From the human T2T-CHM13v2.0 reference genome, Homo sapiens: a stretch of DNA of 64,000 nucleotides. The stretch is from assembly GCF_009914755.1 (NCBI RefSeq), contig NC_060928.1; one strand, 5' to 3'. Below, in pieces: positions 55,701 to 64,000 of this stretch. Position 1 is the stretch's first letter. Every line of letters begins with the position of its first letter. Below the pieces are notes generated by a model, which did not search any database, was not told the origin of the DNA, and saw only the letters and a program-made list of their open reading frames with translations. Position numbers and translations under genes: made by a program.

Positions 55701-58700
55701 ATTTTGGAAACACTCCTTTTGTAGAATCTGCAGGTGGATATGTGGATAGCTCTGAAGATTTCGTTGGAAACGGGAATTTCTTCATATAAAATCAAACAGA
55801 AGCATTCTCAGAAACTTCTCAGTGATGTTTGCATTCAGCTCATGGAGTTGAACACTTCCTTTCATAGAGCCGGTTTGAAACACTCTTTCTGCACTACCTG
55901 GAAGAGGACATTTCGAGCGCTTTGAGTCCTATGGTGAAAAAGGAAATATCTTCTCATAAAAACCAGAAAGAAGCATTCTCAGAAACTTCTTTGTGTTGTG
56001 TGTACTCATGTAACAGTGTTGAACCATCCTTTTGACAGAGCAGTTTTGAAACACTCTTTTTGTAGAATCTGCAAGTGGATATTTGGATAGCTTTGAGGAT
56101 TTCGTTGGAAACGGGATGACATATAATATCTAGAGAGAAGCATTCTCAGGAACTTCTTTCTGATGTTTGCATTCAAGTCACAGAATTGAACATTCCCTTT
56201 CATAGAGCAGGTTTGAAACACTCTTTCTCTAGTATCTGGAAGTGGGCATTTCAAGCGCTTTCAGGCCTATGGAGAGAAAGGAAATACCTTCAAATAAAAA
56301 CTAGACAGAAGCATTCTCAGAAACTTATTTGTGATGTGTGTCCTCAACTAACAGAGTTGAACCTTTGTTTTGATACAGCATTTTGGAAACACTCCTTTTG
56401 TAGAATCTGCAGGTGGATATTTGGATAGCTTTGAAGATTTCGTTGGAAACCGGAATATCTTCATATAAAATCAAGACAGAAGCATTCTCGGAAACATCTC
56501 TGTGATGTTTGCATTCAACTCAGTAGAGTTGAACACTTCCTTTCATAGAGCAGGTTTGAAACACTCTTTCTGCACTACCTGGAAGCGGACATTTCGAGCG
56601 CTTTGAGGCCTATGGTGAAAAAGGAAATATCTTCTCATAAAAACCAGAAAGAAGCATTCTCAGAAACTTCTTTGTGTTGTGTGTACTCAAGTAACAGTGT
56701 TGAACCTTCCTTTTGACACAGCAGTTTTGAAACACTCTTTTGGTAGAATCTGCAAGTGGATATTTGGATAGCTTTGAGGATTTCGTTGGAAACGGGTTAT
56801 CTTCATATAAAATGCAGACAGGAGCATTCTCAGAAACTTCTTTGTGCTGTATGTCCTCAATGCACAGAGCTGAACCTTTGTTTGGATACAGCATTTTGGA
56901 AACATTCCTTTAGTAGAATCTGCAAGTTGATATTTAGATAGCTTTGAAGATTTCGTTGGAAACGGGAATATCTTCATAGAAAATCTAGACGGAAGCATTC
57001 TCAGAAACTGCTTTGTGATGTTTGCATTCAAGTCACAGAGTTGAATATTCCCTTTTATAGAGTAGGTTTGAAACACTCTTTCGGCACTACCTGGAAGTGG
57101 ATATTTCGAGCTCTTTGAGGCCTATGGTTAAAAGGAAATATCTTCCCATAAAAACTAGACAGAAGCCGTCTCAGAAACTTGTTTGTGATGTGTGTATTCA
57201 ACTAACAGAGTTGAACATTTCTGTTACAGAGCAATTTTAAAACACTCTTTTTGTGGAATCTGAAAGTGGATAATTGGATAGCTTTGTGGATTTCGTTGGA
57301 AACGGGATGACGTATAAAATCTAGAGAGAAGCATTCTCAGGAACTTCTTTCTGATGTTTGCATTCAAGTCACAGAATTGAACATTCCTTTTCATAGTGCA
57401 GGTTTGAAACACTCTTTCTGTAGTATCTGGAAGTGGACATTTCAAGCGCTTTCAGGCCTACGGGGAGAAAGGAAATATCTTCAAATAAAAACTAGACAGA
57501 AGGATTCTCAGAAACTTATTTGTGATGTGTGTCCTAAACGAACACAGTTGAACCTTTGTTTTGATACAGCATTTTGGAAACACTCCTTTTGTAGGATCTG
57601 CAGGTGGATATTTGGATAGATTTTAAGATTTCGTTGGAAACGGGAGTTTCTTCATAGAAACTCAAGACAGATGCATTCTCAGAAACATCTCTGTGATGTT
57701 TGCACTCCACTCATAGAGTTGAAAACTTCCTTTCATAGAGCAGGTTTGAAACACTCTTTTTGTAATATTTGGAAGTGGACATTTGCAGCGCTTTGAGGCC
57801 TATGGTGAAAAAGGAAATATCTTCTCATAAAAACCAGAAACAAGCATTCTCAGAAACTTCTTTTTGATGTGTGTACTCAAGTAACAGAGTTGAACCTTCC
57901 TTTTGACACAGCAGTTTTGAAACAATCTTTTTGTAGAATCTGCAAGTGGATATTTGGATAGCTTTGAGGATTTCGTTGGAAACGGGATATCTTCATATAA
58001 AATCTAGACAGAAGCATTCTCAGAAACTTCTTTGTGCTGTATGTCCTCAATTAACAGAGTTGAACCATTGCTTGGATACAGCATTTTGGAAACATTCCTT
58101 GAGTAGAATCTGCAAGTTGATATTTAGATAGATTTGAAGATTTCGTTGGAAAAGGGAATATCTCCATATAAAATCTAGAGGGAAGCATTCTCAGAAACTG
58201 CTTTGTGATGTTTCCATTCAAGTCACAGAGTTGAATATTCCCTTTTATAGAGCACGTTTGAAACACTCTTTCTGCACTATCTGGAAGTGGACATTTCGAG
58301 CGCTTTGAGGCCTATGGTGAAAAAGGAAATATCTTCCCATAAAAACTAGACAGAAGCATTCTCAGAAACTTGTTTGTGATGTGTGTATTCAACTAACAGA
58401 GTTGAACTTTTGTTTTTACAGAGCCGTTTTAAAACACTCTTTTTGTGGAATCAGAAAGTGGATATTCGGATGGCTCTGAGGATTTCGTTGGAAGCGGGAT
58501 TACATATAAAATCTAGAGAGAAGCATTCTCAGGAACTTCTTTGTGATGTTTGCATTGAAGTCACAGAATTGAACATTCACTTTGATAGAGCAGGTTTGAA
58601 ACACTCATTCTGTAGTATCTGGAAGTGGACATTTCAAGCGCTTTCAGGCCTATGGTGAGAAAGGAAATATCTTCGAATAAAAACTAGACAGAAGCATCCT

Positions 58701-61700
58701 CAGAAACTTATTTGTGATGTGTGTCCTCAACTAACAGAGTTGAAACTTTGTTTTGATACAGCATTTTGGAAACACTCTTTTTGTAGAATCTGCAGGTGGA
58801 TATTTGGATAGCTTAGAGGGATTCGTTGGAAAGGGGATATCTTCATATAAAATCTAGACAGAAGCATTCTCAGAAACTTATTTGTGATGTGTGTCCTCAA
58901 CTAACAGAGTTGAACCTTGGTTTCGATACAGCATTTTGGAAACACTCCTTTTGTAGAATCTGCAGGTGGATATGTGGATAGCTTTGAAGATTTCGTTGGA
59001 AACGGGAATTTCTTCATATAAAATCAAACAGAAGCATTCTCAGAAACTTCTCAGTGATGTTTGCATTCAGCTCATGGAGTTGAACACTTCCTTTCATAGA
59101 GCCGGTTTGAAACACTCTTTCTGCACTACCTGGAAGAGGACATTTCGAGCGCTTTGAGTCCTATGGTGAAAAAGGAAATACCTTCTCATAGAAACCAGAA
59201 AGAAGCATTCTCAGAAACTTCTTTGTGTTGTGTGTACTCATGTAACAGTGTTGAACCATCCTTTTGACAGAGCAGTTTTGAAACACTCTTTTTGTAGAAT
59301 CTGCAAGTGGATATTTGGATAGCTTTGAGGATTTCGTTGGAAACGGGATGACATATAGTATCTAGAGAGAAGCATTCTCAGGAACTTCTTTGTGATGTTT
59401 GCATTCAAGTCACAGAATTGAACATTCCCTTTCATAGAGCAGGTTTGAAACACTCTTTCTCTAGTATCTGGAAGTGGGCATTTCAAGCGCTTTCAGGCCT
59501 ATGGAGAGAAAGGAAATACCTTCAAATAAAAACTAGACAGAAGCATTCTCAGAAACTTATTTGTGATGTGTGTCCTCAACTAACAGAGTTGAACCTTTGT
59601 TTTGATACAGCATTTTGGAAACACTCCTTTTGTAGAATCTGCAGGTGGATATTTGGATAGCTTTGAAGATTTCGTTGGAAACCGGAATATCTTCATATAA
59701 AATCAAGACAGAAGCATTCTCGGAAACATCTCTGTGATGTTTGCATTCAACTCAGTAGAGTTGAACACTTCCTTTCATAGAGCAGGTTTGAAACACTCTT
59801 TCTGCACTACCTGGAAGCGGACATTTCGAGCGCTTTGAGGCCTATGGTGAAAAAGGAAATATCTTCTCATAAAAACCAGAAAGAAGCATTCTCAGAAACT
59901 TCTTTGTGTTGTGTGTACTCAAGTAACAGTGTTGAACCTTCCTTTTGACAGAGCAGTTTTGAAACACTCTTTTGGTAGAATCTGCAAGTGGATATTTGGA
60001 TAGCTTTGAGGATTTCGTTGGAAACGGGTTATCTTCATATAAAATCCAGACAGGAGCATTCTCAGAAACTTCTTTGTGCTGTATGTCCTCAATTCACAGA
60101 GCTGAACCTTTGTTTGGATACAGCATTTTGGAAACATTCCTTTAGTAGAATCTGCAAGTTGATATTTAGATAGCTTTGAAGATTTCGTTGGAAACGGGAA
60201 TATCTTCATAGAAAATCTAGACGGAAGCATTCTCAGAAACTGCTTTGTGATGTTTGCATTCAAGTCACAGAGTTGAATATTCCCTTTTATAGAGTAGGTT
60301 TGAAACACTCTTTCGGCACTACCTGGAAGTGGATATTTCGAGCTCTTTGAGGCCTATGGTTAAAAGGAAATATCTTCCCATAAAAACTAGACAGAAGCCG
60401 TCTCAGAAACTTGTTTGTGATGTGTGTATTCAACTAACAGAGTTGAACATTTCTGTTACAGAGCAATTTTAAAACACTCTTTTTGTGGAATCTGAAAGTG
60501 GATAATTGGATAGCTTTGTGGATTTCGTTGGAAACGGGATGACGTATAAAATCTAGAGAGAAGCATTCTCAGGAACTTCTTTCTGATGTTTGCATTCAAG
60601 TCACAGAATTGAACATTCCTTTTCATAGTGCAGGTTTGAAACACTCTTTCTGTAGTATCTGGAAGTGGACATTTCAAGCGCTTTCAGGCCTACGGGGAGA
60701 AAGGAAATATCTTCAAATAAAAACTAGACAGAAGGATTCTCAGAAACTTATTTGTGATGTGTGTCCTAAACGAACACAGTTGAACCTTTGTTTTGATACA
60801 GCATTTTGGAAACACTCCTTTTGTAGGATCTGCAGGTGGATATTTGGATAGATTTTAAGATTTCGTTGGAAACGGGAGTTTCTTCATAGAAACTCAAGAC
60901 AGATGCATTCTCAGAAACATCTCTGTGATGTTTGCATTCCACTCATAGAGTTGAAAACTTCCTTTCATAGAGCAGGTTTGAAACACTCTTTTTGTAATAT
61001 TTGGAAGTGGACATTTGCAGCGCTTTGAGGCCTATGGTGAAAAAGGAAATATCTTCTCATAAAAACCAGAAACAAGCATTCTCAGAAACTTCTTTTTGAT
61101 GTGTGTACTCAAGTAACAGAGTTGAACCTTCCTTTTGACACAGCAGTTTTGAAACAATCTTTTTGTAGAATCTGCAAGTGGATATTTGGATAGCTTTGAG
61201 GATTTCGTTGGAAACGGGATATCTTCATATAAAATCTAGACAGAAGCATTCTCAGAAACTTCTTTGTGCTGTATGTCCTCAATTAACAGAGTTGAACCAT
61301 TGCTTGGATACAGCATTTTGGAAACATTCCTTGAGTAGAATCTGCAAGTTGATATTTAGATAGATTTGAAGATTTCGTTGGAAAAGGGAATATCTCCATA
61401 TAAAATCTAGAGGGAAGCATTCTCAGAAACTGCTTTGTGATGTTTCCATTCAAGTCACAGAGTTGAATATTCCCTTTTATAGAGCACGTTTGAAACACTC
61501 TTTCTGCACTATCTGGAAGTGGACATTTCGAGCGCTTTGAGGCCTATGGTGAAAAAGGAAATATCTTCCCATAAAAACTAGACAGAAGCATTCTCAGAAA
61601 CTTGTTTGTGATGTGTGTATTCAACTAACAGAGTTGAACTTTTGTTTTTACAGAGCCGTTTTAAAACACTCTTTTTGTGGAATCAGAAAGTGGATATTCG

Positions 61701-62437
61701 GATGGCTCTGAGGATTTCGTTGGAAGCGGGATTACATATAAAATCTAGAGAGAAGCATTCTCAGGAACTTCTTTGTGATGTTTGCATTGAAGTCACAGAA
61801 TTGAACATTCACTTTGATAGAGCAGGTTTGAAACACTCATTCTGTAGTATCTGGAAGTGGACATTTCAAGCGCTTTCAGGCCTATGGTGAGAAAGGAAAT
61901 ATCTTCGAATAAAAACTAGACAGAAGCATCCTCAGAAACTTATTTGTGATGTGTGTCCTCAACTAACAGAGTTGAAACTTTGTTTTGATACAGCATTTTG
62001 GAAACACTCTTTTTGTAGAATCTGCAGGTGGATATTTGGATAGCTTAGAGGGATTCGTTGGAAAGGGGATATCTTCATATAAAATCTAGACAGAAGCATT
62101 CTCAGAAACTTATTTGTGATGTGTGTCCTCAACTAACAGAGTTGAACCTTGGTTTTGATACAGCATTTTGGAAACACTCCTTTTGTAGAATCTGCAGGTG
62201 GATATGTGGATAGCTTTGAAGATTTCGTTGGAAACGGGAATTTCTTCATATAAAATCAAACAGAAGCATTCTCAGAAACTTCTCAGTGATGTTTGCATTC
62301 AGCTCATGGAGTTGAACACTTCCTTTCATAGAGCCGGTTTGAAACACTCTTTCTGCACTACCTGGAAGAGGACATTTCGAGCGCTTTGAGTCCTATGGTG
62401 AAAAAGGAAATATCTTCTCATAGAAACCAGAAAGAAG
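52742..62437 (+). repeat. Three canonical 19-mer HORs (starts 52742, 55974, 59206)
   Basis: Period is 3,232 bp. In the last copy the monomers start at a59206 b59373 c59544 d59715 e59887 f60057 g60228 h60398 i60564 j60735 k60906 l61077 m61247 n61418 o61589 p61756 q61927 r62097 s62267. Confidence 0.93.
59332..59348 (+). promoter_or_regulatory. CENP-B box (representative example; 8 intact boxes per canonical 19-mer, in monomers a, e, f, h, j, l, o, r)
   Basis: TTTCGTTGGAAACGGGA matches the NTTCGNNNNANNCGGGN binding consensus. Monomers c (AAACCGGA), m (AAAAGGGA) and q (AAAGGGGA) carry degenerate boxes. Confidence 0.92.
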
Positions 62438-64000
62438 CATTCTCAGAAACTTCTTTGTGTTGTGTGTACTCATGTAACAGTGTTGAACCATCCTTTTGAC
62501 AGAGCAGTTTTGAAACACTCTTTTTGTAGAATCTGCAAGTGGATATTTGGATAGCTTTGAGGATTTCGTTGGAAACGGGATGACATATAGTATCTAGAGA
62601 GAAGCATTCTCAGGAACTTCTTTGTGATGTTTGCATTCAAGTCACAGAATTGAACATTCCCTTTCATAGAGCAGGTTTGAAACACTCTTTCTCTAGTATC
62701 TGGAAGTGGGCATTTCAAGCGCTTTCAGGCCTATGGAGAGAAAGGAAATACCTTCAAATAAAAACTAGACAGAAGCATTCTCAGAAACTTATTTGTGATG
62801 TGTGTCCTCAACTAACAGAGTTGAACCTTTGTTTTGATACAGCATTTTGGAAACACTCCTTTTGTAGAATCTGCAGGTGGATATTTGGATAGCTTTGAAG
62901 ATTTCGTTGGAAACCGGAATATCTTCATATAAAATCAAGACAGAAGCATTCTCGGAAACATCTCTGTGATGTTTGCATTCAACTCAGTAGAGTTGAACAC
63001 TTCCTTTCATAGAGCAGGTTTGAAACACTCTTTCTGCACTACCTGGAAGCGGACATTTCGAGCGCTTTGAGGCCTATGGTGAAAAAGGAAATATCTTCTC
63101 ATAAAAACCAGAAAGAAGCATTCTCAGAAACTTCTTTGTGTTGTGTGTACTCAAGTAACAGTGTTGAACCTTCCTTTTGACACAGCAGTTTTGAAACACT
63201 CTTTTGGTAGAATCTGCAAGTGGATATTTGGATAGCTTTGAGGATTTCGTTGGAAACGGGTTATCTTCATATAAAATCCAGACAGGAGCATTCTCAGAAA
63301 CTTCTTTGTGCTGTATGTCCTCAATTCACAGAGCTGAACCTTTGTTTGGATACAGCATTTTGGAAACATTCCTTTAGTAGAATCTGCAAGTTGATATTTA
63401 GATAGCTTTGAAGATTTCGTTGGAAACGGGAATATCTTCATAGAAAATCTAGACGGAAGCATTCTCAGAAACTGCTTTGTGATGTTTGCATTCAAGTCAC
63501 AGAGTTGAATATTCCCTTTTATAGAGTAGGTTTGAAACACTCTTTCGGCACTACCTGGAAGTGGATATTTCGAGCTCTTTGAGGCCTATGGTTAAAAGGA
63601 AATATCTTCCCATAAAAACTAGACAGAAGCCGTCTCAGAAACTTGTTTGTGATGTGTGTATTCAACTAACAGAGTTGAACATTTCTGTTACAGAGCAATT
63701 TTAAAACACTCTTTTTGTGGAATCTGAAAGTGGATAATTGGATAGCTTTGTGGATTTCGTTGGAAACGGGATGACGTATAAAATCTAGAGAGAAGCATTC
63801 TCAGGAACTTCTTTCTGATGTTTGCATTCAAGTCACAGAATTGAACATTCCTTTTCATAGTGCAGGTTTGAAACACTCTTTCTGTAGTATCTGGAAGTGG
63901 ACATTTCAAGCGCTTTCAGGCCTACGGGGAGAAAGGAAATATCTTCAAATAAAAACTAGACAGAAGGATTCTCAGAAACTTATTTGTGATGTGTGTCCTA
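62438..64000 (+). repeat. Partial HOR (monomers a-i and the start of j), cut by the window edge
   Basis: Near-identical to 59206-60768. Confidence 0.92.

Larger units (their letters stand above)
1..64000 (+). repeat. Alpha-satellite HOR array (active-type centromeric array), 19-mer HOR of ~3,232 bp, probably human chr4 D4Z1 / S2C4H1L (SF2)
   Basis: Continuous ~171-bp monomers (CATTCTCAGAAACTT...GTGATGTGTG...GAGTTGAAC...GGAAACACTC...). They carry either a CENP-B box (TTTCGTTGGAAACGGGA) or a pJalpha-type box (CCTATGGTGAAAAAGGAA). Identical ORF translations recur every 3,231-3,233 bp (e.g. 51482, 54714, 57946, 61178). The alpha-satellite call is certain. The D4Z1 assignment (about 0.8) rests on the known 19-mer/3.2-kb unit with a 15-mer/2.6-kb variant. 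Confidence 0.97.

Noticed and set aside
56155-59955. Single-base matches to paralogous monomers (b->i-like TTTCTGAT at 56160; e->a-like GACAGAG at 59951) as conversion tracts
   Set aside because: Each has only one diagnostic site, which cannot be told apart from recurrent point mutation.
33-63909. All ORFs in the six-frame track (61-129 aa)
   Set aside because: They are chance translations of alpha-satellite that recur with the HOR period on both strands. Many use non-ATG starts and none has a recognisable domain. I used them only as periodicity markers.
1-64000. CRISPR-like or other novel repeat-spacer system
   Set aside because: There are no unique spacers and no associated genes; every base belongs to a ~171-bp monomer.
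1-64000. Transposon insertion (L1/Alu), inversion or non-satellite island
   Set aside because: All inter-marker distances are whole monomer multiples (8, 12, 15, 19), the CENP-B boxes all lie on the + strand, and no poly-A tail or target-site duplication was seen.
1-64000. TATA-like (TATAAAA) and AATAAA motifs as promoters or polyadenylation signals
   Set aside because: They are intrinsic parts of the alpha-satellite monomer consensus, and nothing in the sequence supports a transcription unit.

Overview
The whole 64 kb window is one uninterrupted, single-orientation array of primate (almost certainly human) centromeric alpha-satellite DNA, about 376 head-to-tail monomers of 166-172 bp. It is organised as a highly homogeneous 19-monomer higher-order repeat (HOR) of 3,231-3,233 bp. 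The period, the frequent 15-mer variant and the CENP-B-box/pJalpha monomer pattern fit the active chromosome 4 array D4Z1 (S2C4H1L, suprachromosomal family 2). That assignment comes from recalled properties, not from a database search. I label the monomers a-s, starting at the CATTCTCAG of the monomer at 59206. Read this way, the window contains 13 complete 19-mers, six 15-mers, one complete plus one partial 12-mer, one 8-mer and a terminal partial HOR. I found no genes, RNA genes, transposon insertions, inversions or CRISPR arrays, and the ORF track simply reflects translation of the repeat. I see no novel gene system. The points of interest concern array evolution: a hidden 7-mer ancestry that predicts the deletion variants, recent multi-HOR duplications, an out-of-register conversion that restores a CENP-B box, CpG-transition losses of CENP-B boxes, and haplotype blocks.
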